Of a stretch of DNA of 64,000 nt, positions 46,344-56,528 are shown in pieces. The position numbers were made by a program, and so were the translations under genes. Position 1 is the first letter of the stretch. The number at the start of each line of letters is the position of its first letter. Source of the DNA: a virus. The stretch is from positions 7,303-71,302 of IMG/VR virus record IMGVR_UViG_3300005529_001094; one strand, given 5' to 3'. Below the pieces are notes generated by a model. It worked only from the letters and a program-made list of their open reading frames with translations, searched no databases and was not told the DNA's origin.

Positions 46344-46919
46344 TCGCGCGCCTCGCGGGCGCCTGGCGCGTTGGCGGGGCAGCCTCGCGGGGGTCGCGAC
46401 TACCCATGGGGACCCCCCGCTTGAGCGGTCGCGGCCGCTTTTGTTGCGCGTAAATCCCGCCGCAATCCTGGGACTTTTTCCGACGCGACGCGTCACCGCG
46501 GGGCGCCAGCACGTGTGCCTACCGGCCCGAGCCGCTACCCAAGGAGCGCCGAGAGCACGTCGACGAGTTCGCGGGCCATGTCCGGCGTAAGGGTGAGGCT
46601 GGGGATCCGGGCCGTCGGTGCCGAAATCGTGATCGCCGCACTGGCCCCCTCCTCCTTGACCATCTTGACCTGGCCGCCGACTCTCCGCCTGACCAGCTGC
46701 GGACCGCGGAGATACCCGCGCTGCGCGCGCTCGATGCTCATCGCCCCTCCCCCGGGACCGCCCCGAGCATCTCCCAGAGCTCCCGGGCGGCCTCGGGTGA
46801 ATGGAGATAGGTGATGGGTCCGTTGCCGAAGTCCTCATGCGGGGTCACCTCGATGCACGTCGTCGGCTCCGTCGAGGGACGCCGGACCCTGTAGAACTTC
46901 CCCTCGAGCTCCACGACCC

Positions 46920-47216
46920 TCACTGGGGCACCTCCGTCGCCGGCGTGGCCTCGGCGAGCTTCATTCGCTCCGAGACCACCTTCGCGAGCGTGGCGATCTG
47001 GGCCGTGACGTCACGGACGAACGTGACCGAGGTCGCCGGGATCGCGTACATGGGCTTCCGGTGGTCGTCGAGGAAGGTGACCCACCCCTCGCTCGTTCGC
47101 ATGTCGTGCACACCTTGAAGGTAGAGCTCCGGGAGCACCTTCCCGTCCTCGCCCCGGACCTCGCACCCTGGCCTAAGGGAAACGACCCAGATATGTCCTT
47201 GCGCCCTGCTATCCAT
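46920..47216 (-). CDS. Hypothetical protein
   Basis: GGAGG RBS; ATG at 47216. Confidence 0.5.
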   Translation of the reverse strand: MDSRAQGHIWVVSLRPGCEVRGEDGKVLPELYLQGVHDMRTSEGWVTFLDDHRKPMYAIPATSVTFVRDVTAQIATLAKVVSERMKLAEATPATEVPQ

Positions 47217-47237
47217 TTCGCCTCCTACCCCCCATTT

Positions 47238-47536
47238 TGGCACCACCCGCACCACCCTTGGCACCACCCTTTTCTGAAGGTTGGTGACACTTTTTCTGAG
47301 CCAGGTCGTGGACTTACGCGATTGTCACCACGGCACCACCAAAAACCGGTCCCTATACTACCAGGGGGGTTGGTGGGCCTTGGCATATGCCATATTCCTA
47401 CTCCCCCTATTTACCTTCCATTACTAAAATGGTGGTGACAGGTAGTGACAAGCTGTAACTGCCCGGCGAGACAGGAGAAAGTTGTCACACCGCAGTGCGT
47501 CATGGGGTGGTGCCGGCACCACCCTGGGGCGGTGAC
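47238..47536. repeat. Noncoding region rich in GCACCAC and TGTCAC short repeats (putative replication origin)
   Basis: Many direct and inverted copies around an AT-richer core. Confidence 0.5.
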
Positions 47537-48614
47537 GCGGCAGGCCCCCCCCACGGCCCTCGCGGGCAACGTGCTTGACGCCCGTCGGGGCCCGTGCTAT
47601 TCGTGCGCCTGCCGACCGGGCCCCCGGGGCTCCGGTCGGAGAGCTCGCCCGCCACGTGCGGAAGGAGTAAGGGCGGCGTCGGGTAGCGGTCGGGCCGCCC
47701 CGGCGCCGTCAACTTGCTCACGGCGCCCCCCGCGCGGCCCGCTCCGCCCCGTCCAGGGCTTCCCACACCGCGTTCAGCACGCGCTCGAACCGCGGTCGCC
47801 ACGGCGCCGCGCGGTCGAGGCGGACCGTATATCTTCCGCCCCCGAGCGCGAGGACGTAGCCGTCCCGCCCCGCCCGAACCACCCGCAGGGCCCGGGTCTC
47901 AACGAACGGTGCTCTCGGGGCTTCGACGAGCGCCGGCGACAGGAAGAGGGGGCACTCGCGCGGGAAGTGGATGAAGTCGCCCTCGCGCTGCCGGAGGAGC
48001 TCGGCCCAGGGGCTCACGGGCGCACCCGCAGCCACATCAGCGCGCGCTCGTAGAGAGACGGCCGGATCGCCTGGGGGTCGATGGCCTGCTGCAGTGCGGC
48101 GAGCTTTCGGAGCGCCTCGGCCGTGTCGCTCATCGCCCAGTCGACGTAAAACGCCTCGTATCCGTACTCGCACACCTTCGGGCCGCGGTACGCAGCACGC
48201 GCGTCGCGGAGGGCGTGCTCCAGCAGGCCGATCGCCTCGCGGTGGAGTGCGTCGACACCCTCGAGCTGCGCTGCCGCCGGGTCGGGCGTCACGGCAACCT
48301 CCTCACGAACTCGAGGCACCGGCCGACCTCGTCGTCCGAACGCTCGAGCGCCTCGCGGCAGAGTCGGGCAGGCCCGCCGGCCGGGGCCCGGGAGAGGGTG
48401 GCGTCGAGCTCTGCGCGTCGCTCGCACGCCGTCGGCGGGCGCGGTGGGTGTGGGTCTGCCGGCGGCGCCCCGACGGCCGCGGCGAGCACCAGGAGCAGGA
48501 TCGCCAGGATGCCGCCGATCACAGCGAGGTCGGGGTGCCCTCGTTCGACGCAGTCACCGATCCGCCAGATCACCGAGGCGGCCACGCCGAGAAGCACGAG
48601 GGCAACGAGCGTGC

Positions 48615-49127
48615 TCACGACGCCCCCTTCGCGGCGCGGAGCATTGCCAGCGCCTCCTTCTGGCTGATGAGCCCCGCGACGAAGTCCACGATCGCGCGGT
48701 CGGAGTACCCGTACAGAAGCCCCTCGCGGATGGCATGGTCGGCCAGCTCCTCGGACAACTTGGAGCGCGGGAGCGGCGGCGCGCCCTCGCCCCACTCGAC
48801 GCGGGGTCCGTAGCCGCGGGACGCGCGCACGAGTCGGACATCGGGAAAGCCGCGCCGCCCGGCGAGTTCGCCGAGGATCCGCCGCCCGTCGGCCGCACCG
48901 TACGACCAGCACCAACCCGCCCGCCGCCGGCCGCCGCAGGGCACGGCGAGCGTGCCGACGCGCCCGACCGCCACGGCGCGCTTGAGAAGTCTGGGGTCAT
49001 GGAGGCGTTCGGCAAACCAGACGTACTCGTAGGTCGCGAGGCCGGGCAGCTCGTGGGCTCCATGGAGGCGTTCGGCAAACCAGACGTACTCGTAGGTCGC
49101 GAGGCCGGGCAGCTCGTGGGCTTTCAC
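48615..49127 (-). CDS. Hypothetical protein with N-terminal 21-aa duplication
   Basis: AHELPGLATYEYVWFAERLH x2; C-terminal EGLLYGYS..AI..FV. Confidence 0.55.
   Translation of the reverse strand: MKAHELPGLATYEYVWFAERLHGAHELPGLATYEYVWFAERLHDPRLLKRAVAVGRVGTLAVPCGGRRRAGWCWSYGAADGRRILGELAGRRGFPDVRLVRASRGYGPRVEWGEGAPPLPRSKLSEELADHAIREGLLYGYSDRAIVDFVAGLISQKEALAMLRAAKGAS
48998..49122. repeat. In-frame tandem duplication, 63-bp period
   Basis: 48998-49059 is identical to 49061-49122. Confidence 0.95.
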
Positions 49128-49498
49128 CCGACACCTCCCCACTCGCCCTCCGGCCCGACCACGATCACCGGCAGCCCCGCGCGCCGCGCCCTCGCCACCA
49201 TGTCCCGGGTGCCCGCGGTGAGCGCCGGGTACTTGGTCGAGAACGCGAGCACGTCGGTGGGGCGGCCCTCGTCGAGCATCCGCTGGTTGCGGATCGCGCC
49301 GGCCGAGCGCCCGTAGCGCTGCCAGTCGGCGGGAAAGATCATGGTCGAGATCCCGCGCTCGACGGCCGCGTCCGCTGCGATCGCGTCCGCGCCGCGCGCC
49401 CCGCCGGAGATCACCAGCGAGGGGGTCAGCTTCACGAGCCACTCGCGCATGAGCCGAGCGTCGGTCCACGTGCGGCTGCCGCAAACGAGGAGTCTCAC
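49124..49498 (-). CDS. SLOG-family (YspA/DUF2493-like) protein
   Basis: LLVCGSR, SGGARGAD, FPADW..YG.SAG.IRNQRM and GTRDMV motifs. Confidence 0.85.
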   Translation of the reverse strand: MRLLVCGSRTWTDARLMREWLVKLTPSLVISGGARGADAIAADAAVERGISTMIFPADWQRYGRSAGAIRNQRMLDEGRPTDVLAFSTKYPALTAGTRDMVARARRAGLPVIVVGPEGEWGGVG

Positions 49499-50090
49499 AG
49501 CGCGACCCCGGGCTCGCGGATCACTGCCACGCGACAGGCGATCCCGTCTTTTATGCCGCGGCGCACCTCGGGGGAGTCGATGGGGTCCATGGGTGGCACA
49601 CAGTCAAAACCAGACGTGAAGCCGTCGAGGTACTCCGGATAGGCCTGTCGGCCGATCGACCAGGCCTGCCATCTTCCGCGCGCGTCGCCACCGCCGCCGA
49701 GGGCGAAGAGAATCGCTCCCGCGGCACAGCCGCACCACCCGTGCCCGTCGTAATGGTACAGCTCTCCCCGCATCGGACGCATCCCCGTCGCGCGGTACGC
49801 GCTCACGACGAGCTCGGGGGTGATCTCGAGGCTAGCCACGGGTAAGCTCCAGCCCACCCAGCGCCGTTGCGCTCTCGATCGCCGCCGAGAAGACCTCCGC
49901 GCACGCGAACGGGTCCGTCTCGCCCAAGTCGCACTTCGCGTCCAGGGCGGCGCACGCTGCCCGCAGGCAGTCTGAGCACACGTGCTCGTCGAGCCAATCG
50001 AAGAGCTCCTCGTCCGTAAGGCCGCTGGGCATCGCGCGAATACCCCGGTTTAGAAGCTCGATCGCTTCGGCCTGCGTCATTTCACACATT

Positions 50091-50285
50091 TTATTTGACC
50101 TCCTCCACGGTGACCGTTACCCGTGCGACGCGCGCCTGCTCCACGCGGAGTCGCCCAAGCTCATTTCTCACCGCATCGGCCGCGACCCTGGTGCGAAACA
50201 GCGCCACGCCGCCCAGGACGTCCATCGCGAACCGTTCGCGCTCGTCGCCGACGACCACTGCCCAAAATTCATCGACCTGCTTCAC
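50091..50285 (-). CDS. Small protein, paralog of 50282-50479
   Basis: GG.ALFR...VARVTVTV.E. Confidence 0.55.
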   Translation of the reverse strand: MKQVDEFWAVVVGDERERFAMDVLGGVALFRTRVAADAVRNELGRLRVEQARVARVTVTVEEVK

Positions 50286-50479
50286 TGCGCCTCCGTCACG
50301 GTGACTGTTACCCGGGCGACTTTGCACGGCATGCCGTGGCGTCGGAGCGCGCCCGCGAATCCGCTGGCCTCTGAGTGATGGCGAAAGAGCGCCGGGCCGC
50401 CAGATCCGCTCAGCGCTAACATAGGTGCGCGCGGTCCCTCTGTGATGATCACGGCGTAGAGTTCATCTGTTGCTGACAC
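50282..50479 (-). CDS. Small protein, paralog of 50091-50285
   Basis: GG.ALFR...VARVTVTV.E. Confidence 0.55.
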   Translation of the reverse strand: MSATDELYAVIITEGPRAPMLALSGSGGPALFRHHSEASGFAGALRRHGMPCKVARVTVTVTEAQ

Positions 50480-51314
50480 GGCGTCACCTCCGCTTCCGCC
50501 ACGGCGAGATCCCACGCCGGCAGCCAGGTCTCGAGAGCCTCGAGCGCGGCCGCGGCGCGCGCATCGGCCGTGGGTCCGCCGACGTCGAGCGCCGGCGTCC
50601 GAATGAACGGCGACGCGAAGACGAGGAGCCGCTCGCCGTCGTCCCAGACGACCGCCTTCGGCCAGCGCCGCTGGGCGAGGGCGCAGACGTCGGCCGGGAG
50701 GCTCATGGGGCTGCCGATCGGCGAGCTTCGAAGAATCGATCCCACGCGCCGACGCCCCACCGCCGGAAGATCCGCTCGCCCCGCGTCTCGCCGAAGAGCG
50801 CTACGAGCTTGCGACGAGTCTTGTCCTGACGCTTCAGCTCGACGAAGAGCCACCGTGGAATCTCAAGCGGCGAGTCGATTGGCTTCGCGTGCCTGGTCAA
50901 TCAGGTTGCGCGTCTCCTGAACGGAGAGGCGCCCGCGATAGGTCATGATGGTGAGCAGGATGTCGAGCTGCTCGTCAGTGTACGTCACGCCCGTCCCCCG
51001 GATCCGCGTTCGGATTCATGCCGCAGCTTCCTCGGGCGCCGGCGACGACGCCTGGCGGAGCGCGGAGACCGCGTACCCCTGGCCTTCGCTGAGCTTGTAG
51101 GCGGTGATCAGTAGGTCGTCGTCGCACCAGATCGAGTAGCGTTCACCCGCCTTGCCGTTGGTGGGCCACAGGAGATCGCCAAGCTCGTTCTCGAGGGCCG
51201 AGCGCGCGTGGCGCGCCGCATCGAGGTCGCGCTTTGCCTGCTCGATGCGCCTGTCGGCACGCTCGATCTCTTCGAACTTCAGCTTCGCCTTCCATGAACG
51301 ATTCATCGCATCTC

Positions 51315-51914
51315 CTAGTCGGCGCGCAGTCCTATCGCGTCGATGATCGCTGCCTCGAACCGGGCATACCAGTACGCCGGATCCGCAGCGCCGTGATGAT
51401 CGGTCGGCTCGAACATCTCCGTTGCCGCCTCGTCCCACAGCACGTCGAAGCGCACCGGGTGCAGACGCACGTCAGCGCCGACGTCGAAGCGGTGAGGGAT
51501 GTCGCGCCACAGCGACCCGTGCGAGTGTCCGTGGACCATGAGCGCGCCGCGGTGCGCAGCGCGCCATGATTCCATGGGGTAGTGGCAGAGCTCCGCGCGC
51601 ATGCCCTCCTGCTTGAGGGTCAGGATTTGATTGGCACTCTCCCAGGGCAGGCTCAGGACGTGCTTCTTGTCGTGGTTGCCCCGGACAAGGTGTTTGTGGC
51701 CGTTGAGGCGCGCGAAGATGTCTGCGAGTGGCTCCTGCTTTTTCGACTGAAAGCCGAAGTCGCCGACGACGTAGATTGTGTCGTCCGGGCCGACGACGTA
51801 GTTCCAGCGCTTCACGAGCGCCTCGTTCATGCCGGCGACGTCGAGGTAGGGGCGCCCGTGGCGCAGCATGCCGGCATGATTGAAGTGAAGATCACTCCAG
51901 AAGAAGATATTCAC
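51315..51914 (-). CDS. Calcineurin-like phosphoesterase
   Basis: SDLHFNH, WN.VV.PDD..YVVGDF, GNHD, CHYPM and HGHSH motifs. Confidence 0.9.
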   Translation of the reverse strand: MNIFFWSDLHFNHAGMLRHGRPYLDVAGMNEALVKRWNYVVGPDDTIYVVGDFGFQSKKQEPLADIFARLNGHKHLVRGNHDKKHVLSLPWESANQILTLKQEGMRAELCHYPMESWRAAHRGALMVHGHSHGSLWRDIPHRFDVGADVRLHPVRFDVLWDEAATEMFEPTDHHGAADPAYWYARFEAAIIDAIGLRAD

Positions 51915-52226
51915 GAGCACTCCGTAGCGCGGCATCCCACAGCGGGCGCAGCTTGCGCTTCGGCCCCTGCTTGACCAGCGTTCCCGGCGCGACCATCGGC
52001 AACGGTGGCGGCGGATCGGGGATCAGCATTGGGCGTGTCGGCGCCCCGAGCATTTGCGCGATCTCCCCGGTCGATTGCCGCGTCAGGCGCTGCCGCCCCG
52101 TTCGCATCTCGATCCCCGCCCTGATCTTCGGCAGGCACAACACTTCGCAGGGCTCGATCACCGAGATCTCGTCGAGGTCGACCAAGAACGGACGATTCGA
52201 CTCGTCTGTTAGCCAGGCCCAGCGCC

Positions 52227-52628
52227 TCACGCCGTCACCCCCAGCCCTGCCGCGATCTTCCGAATGCCATCGACCACTGGCGGTAGGATCTCGCGCGACA
52301 GTGCGGCCGTCTTCGCGGCGCGTTTCCGGTAGCGCACGCGCCGCTTCGAGATCCGTTTCTCTGCAGCGCGCCACGCGCGACACTCCGGGCAGAGGTGCGC
52401 CCGGTCGCGCCGATTCTTGAGCTCACGTTCGAACGTGCGGGTGCCCTCGGGCCAGATTCGCACGACGCGCCGGTCGATGCCGGCGCGCGCGACCGCGGCC
52501 ATGAGGCGCGAGCCGGTTCCCGCGCGGTGATGCTCGAGGCGTCGCCCGAGCGTCTCCTCATTCTCGGAGAACCCGAGGTAGTGCTGCGCGTGGGCGAGCG
52601 GCCGGTCGAAGTGGATCAGGTAGACCAT
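52227..52628 (-). CDS. GIY-YIG-like endonuclease
   Basis: VYLIHF....HA.HYLG, RL.HHR.G.G.RLM and ER.LK motifs. Confidence 0.75.
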   Translation of the reverse strand: MVYLIHFDRPLAHAQHYLGFSENEETLGRRLEHHRAGTGSRLMAAVARAGIDRRVVRIWPEGTRTFERELKNRRDRAHLCPECRAWRAAEKRISKRRVRYRKRAAKTAALSREILPPVVDGIRKIAAGLGVTA

Positions 52629-52631
52629 TCT

Positions 52632-53591
52632 TCACCGAGAGGCGGCTGAGACGCTTCGTCCGCGGACGCGCAGGGGCTTGTCGGCCGGGCCTTTGACGTA
52701 CGGCGCGATGTAGCGCGGCTCGTGGTCGCCCCTGCTGGGCAAGAACTGATTCCGCCAATGTGCGCCAACGAGCCAGCGGCAAGACCAGTCTCGAGCAGCC
52801 GAGCAGCCGTCCTCGTGAGCCTCGGGCTCTTCGAGTCGACGCAGCAGCCGAACTTGTGCCACCTCGCGCAGCGCTACCCCGCTTTTCTTTCGACGGCGCG
52901 CTGCTGCCTTCGTGGTGTGCGGGGGGTCAAGAATCTCCCGACGCGCGACCTTGGTTTTCAGGAACTGGGATGCGGCCCAAACGTCATTGCCCGACTGTGC
53001 GGTGTTGGTGCTGAAGATGACGGACGTGATTCGTAGTATCGGACAGCGGTTTTGGTGGGGCTCATTCAGTGGCGTTGGGCATATTCCGATGGTTGAAACC
53101 GGGTGACTGCATTTAGTTTCTCCGGATGGTAGTACAGTAAGCCCGATCGCGAATCCTTCGCCGGGCGGCAGTCCGGAGTCGGCTAGGCAATCTCCGAGTC
53201 TCATCGGATTGCGAAACACCCAGCACTGAGTGCCCAGACCACGAACGTCGTTGTCTTTCCGTGTAACTTGCAAATCCTGCGCACCGCGCGTTGCGGCCCG
53301 GAAGATCTCAGATTCCCAAACGGTTACTGGAGCAGTAAGAAATGCCAGGTAATGCCCCTCTGTTATGTACTCAAGATCGGCCCGACCTCGCCCTATCCAG
53401 TCATTACCTGGGCATCTGGCAGCTTCGGAGGCTATACCGTTACCGGCGGCTGCTACGAAGTCTGACCAGAACCTCACCAGCTGATGAGGCTTGAAGTTGA
53501 GTAGGTGATCGACCGTTACGGTGTCGTCGTCGCGTACGGGTTGCCGCTCTCGGTCCATCCTCCACCCTCCGCTAGCCCACTCTGTGAACAT
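52632..53591 (-). CDS. Hypothetical protein with lower-GC core and C-terminal W.V..HWRNQ...I.PY.KGP motif
   Basis: ATG 53591 lies within a TTGACAATGTT site; atypical codon usage. Confidence 0.6.
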   Translation of the reverse strand: MFTEWASGGWRMDRERQPVRDDDTVTVDHLLNFKPHQLVRFWSDFVAAAGNGIASEAARCPGNDWIGRGRADLEYITEGHYLAFLTAPVTVWESEIFRAATRGAQDLQVTRKDNDVRGLGTQCWVFRNPMRLGDCLADSGLPPGEGFAIGLTVLPSGETKCSHPVSTIGICPTPLNEPHQNRCPILRITSVIFSTNTAQSGNDVWAASQFLKTKVARREILDPPHTTKAAARRRKKSGVALREVAQVRLLRRLEEPEAHEDGCSAARDWSCRWLVGAHWRNQFLPSRGDHEPRYIAPYVKGPADKPLRVRGRSVSAASR

Positions 53592-53605
53592 TGTCAATAG
53601 GCGAC

Positions 53606-55798
53606 CTACAGCAGCGGTTTCCCGACGAGCGACGCCGGCGAGTAGCCCCAGACGCGCACGCCCTCGATGCGCCGCTGGTAGCGCATCCACCCGAGTTCGC
53701 GCAGGCACGCCGCAACCGAGGTCATCGCGTTCTGCGTGATCTTGTCGCGATCCATCGCGATCTTCGATTCGGTCAGGATTTCGGCGACGGTCGCCCACTC
53801 CTTCGCCCGCAGGTACTGCGCCACGAACGGGAGCCAGGGCTCCTGAACGCGCCGCGCCTGCTGCTCTTCGCCGGCGAGTTCCTGGCCTTCGCGGTCGAGC
53901 CACCATGGCTCGCGCGCGCGGTATCGAGCCACCGCCTCGGCCCACAGCTGATCGCGGTCCTTTTCCAGTGCCGCGAGATTCAGGCGTCGGCACCGGACGG
54001 GCCAGAACCGCCGGTTGCCGGTATGGTCGCGGAGGTACGTGTCGTGGTTCGACGTGCCGACGAAGATGCACTGACGCGGATGATCGCCGGTGACGCGCTC
54101 GAACGGCGCGCGGTAGCGGTCGATCTGGATCGTGATGAACTGCTTGACGCGCTCGGCATCGTGCTTCGAGATGCCGGCGAGCTCGCCCCACTCGACGATC
54201 CAGACACCGGAGAGTGTGAGCTGCGAGTCCTTCGACTCGAGCGACGGGAGGTGATCGGAGAACCAGGGGCCCGCGAGAATCCGGAGGGCCTGCGACTTGC
54301 CCTGACCCTGGTCGCCCTCCAGCACCGGCATCGTATCGACCTTGCAGCCGGGGTCGAAGACGCGCGCGACCGCCGCGATCATCCACGCCGCGCCGACGCG
54401 CTGGGTGTAGCCGGTGTGCTCAGCGCCGAAGTAGGCGGCCAGCATCGTGTCGAGCCTCGGCTCGCGGTCCCACTCGAGGGACGACAGATAGTCGCGGACG
54501 GGGTGAAATGATCTCTCTTGCGATGCGGCGATCACCGCCTCGAGGACGGACTCCTTCGGGAGCGCTAGCTTCTTGAAGAGTGAGAGCCAGTGCTTGACGT
54601 AGGTCGTATGCTTGTCTTCGTAGTAGCCGGGCGTGCGCGGCTTCCTCATGCCGATGATTGGCGGCGGCGCCTTTGTCCAGTACGCGCGGTCCGCGAACTC
54701 ACTCCAGGCAAAGACACCCTTCCACTCGTCGAGGTGCGCGAGCATAAGGGCGGCGTTGCCTGCCTCCTTCGTCACACGCCGCTCTTCATTTTGGCGGAGT
54801 GACTGACGCCAGTCAGGCTCGAGCTCCGTTGCGTCAGAATCCGAGGTGGCTTTTTGAGCTTGCGCCTGCGTCACTTCCGTCGCGATGCGCTTCGCGTGGG
54901 CGGGGAGCTGCTCGAGGACCTCGGCCTGCGTGCGGTGCGAGCAGTGGCTGTGGCTACAATGGAACCAGCCGCGGACCTCGCCGGCGTTCGGGGCGAAGAC
55001 GACCGTCGAGCCGTCGTACGCCTCGCCGACGGTGTGCTCGCTCAGCCAGGGGCAGAGGACCGCGGCGGTGCCGGGGGCCCTGTTGATTCCGAGCCAGCCG
55101 GCGGCCTGGAAGGCCTTTCCCATAAAGCCGTCGGTCACGGCGGAGAGCGAGGCCTCGAACTCGCGATCCTCCGAGGCGAGGCGATCGGTGACCCACGCCG
55201 GGCACTTCGCGATTTCGAGATCCTCGGGGTGGTGATCGGTCTCCCACTCGTAGTACTTGCCGCTCGCGTGCAGTGACGGCGGGGCGACGACGTACCCGCC
55301 CTCTCCGCGGATGTCGATCGCGCCCGGGACGAGCGCCTTCTGTTTCAGCTTGTCCTTGACGTTGTCCGGCTTCTTGAAAATGTAGTGCACGCCGCCGCCG
55401 CCAGTGAGCGATTGCACCGTCTCGGGCAGCTTGCCGTACTTCGCCTCGAGCTCGCGGAGCGCGGCCATGCCGTCGACGTTGTGCATGTCGACGTCAAGGA
55501 CGACGAGGTTCTTGCACCAGATGCCGATGTTCGCGAACGGCCGCTTCTTCCAGAGAACCTTGATCTGGTCGGGGTCGATCGTGCCATCCTTGAATCCGTT
55601 CGGGGTCGCCGGGTGCTTCCCGGGGTTCGAGCACTTCCCGGTCTCCGCGCGCGTCTTCGAGTTGTGCGGGCACGTGCAGTCACCCTTCGCCTTGTCGTAC
55701 TCGAAGACCGGGAAGACGTAGAACCCGTATCGCTTCGCCAGCTCCGTCGCGAGGATCTCGGTACCGACCCTTCCCTTCGCCTCCTCACTCACTCGCAT
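53606..55798 (-). CDS. Bifunctional DNA primase/polymerase fused to VirE/VapE-type helicase
   Basis: PGKHP, ANIGI, VLDVD, TGGGG.HYIF and DIRG.GGYVVAPPS.H; Walker A GDQGQGKS; TGNRRFWP. Confidence 0.92.
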   Translation of the reverse strand: MRVSEEAKGRVGTEILATELAKRYGFYVFPVFEYDKAKGDCTCPHNSKTRAETGKCSNPGKHPATPNGFKDGTIDPDQIKVLWKKRPFANIGIWCKNLVVLDVDMHNVDGMAALRELEAKYGKLPETVQSLTGGGGVHYIFKKPDNVKDKLKQKALVPGAIDIRGEGGYVVAPPSLHASGKYYEWETDHHPEDLEIAKCPAWVTDRLASEDREFEASLSAVTDGFMGKAFQAAGWLGINRAPGTAAVLCPWLSEHTVGEAYDGSTVVFAPNAGEVRGWFHCSHSHCSHRTQAEVLEQLPAHAKRIATEVTQAQAQKATSDSDATELEPDWRQSLRQNEERRVTKEAGNAALMLAHLDEWKGVFAWSEFADRAYWTKAPPPIIGMRKPRTPGYYEDKHTTYVKHWLSLFKKLALPKESVLEAVIAASQERSFHPVRDYLSSLEWDREPRLDTMLAAYFGAEHTGYTQRVGAAWMIAAVARVFDPGCKVDTMPVLEGDQGQGKSQALRILAGPWFSDHLPSLESKDSQLTLSGVWIVEWGELAGISKHDAERVKQFITIQIDRYRAPFERVTGDHPRQCIFVGTSNHDTYLRDHTGNRRFWPVRCRRLNLAALEKDRDQLWAEAVARYRAREPWWLDREGQELAGEEQQARRVQEPWLPFVAQYLRAKEWATVAEILTESKIAMDRDKITQNAMTSVAACLRELGWMRYQRRIEGVRVWGYSPASLVGKPLL

Positions 55799-56271
55799 TC
55801 CCCAGCTCGCGCGCGACCGAGCGCCGCCATGGCCTCGTCAACGCTCCGCACCACCGCCCCAAAACCACCGTACCGCCGGACCAGCCGGAGGAACCGCTTC
55901 TGATCTTCTGTTGGATATTTTCCCGGTTGCTTGACCTCGAGCGCGATCCAGCGCGATAGCGTCACCTCCACCCCGTACAGGGTGACCTTCATCGCGAGCA
56001 TGCCGACGAGGTCCGAGCCGCCCTTTCCGAGCCCGTACGGGACTCGGAATTCCCGGCCGGTGGTCGCGTCGACGTAGCGGGCGACGCCAGTCTGGTTCCG
56101 AAACACCGCTAGATCAACCTCCCGGCCGAGGGCGATCCGGATGTCGCGCTGGATCTTGCTCTCGAGCTCGTGTGCGAGGTCGCGCACGGCCCCCGCGGAG
56201 CCGTGCGCTTCGACGCCTCGCCGCCGGCGGGGTGGTCGCTTACTTTCGAGAGACTGCGACCGGCGGCCCAT
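55789..56271 (-). CDS. VRR-NUC domain nuclease (start uncertain)
   Basis: E..IQ..I, G.SDLVG, ALEVK.P and Q..F......GG...V.RS motifs. Confidence 0.85.
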   Translation of the reverse strand: MGRRSQSLESKRPPRRRRGVEAHGSAGAVRDLAHELESKIQRDIRIALGREVDLAVFRNQTGVARYVDATTGREFRVPYGLGKGGSDLVGMLAMKVTLYGVEVTLSRWIALEVKQPGKYPTEDQKRFLRLVRRYGGFGAVVRSVDEAMAALGRARAGECE

Positions 56272-56528
56272 CCGAGCGACCTGCGGTCATCGTGCTGCCG
56301 CCACGCGTCGCCGAAACGGAACGAGGGCGGCCGTTTTGACGATCGCGCGCGACGCCTGGATCTTCGCCGCGAGCAAAGTGCTTTCGAATCCGCCGTCGAT
56401 GTCGACGTTGCCGATGACGTACCAGACGCGCCAGCTCCACCTCCGTCCTGGCCTTCGCCAGATCTCGATGCGACGGGAGTCAACCGCCCAGGCGTAGTGG
56501 CCGGGCTCGCGGATGATTCGGCGGGGCT

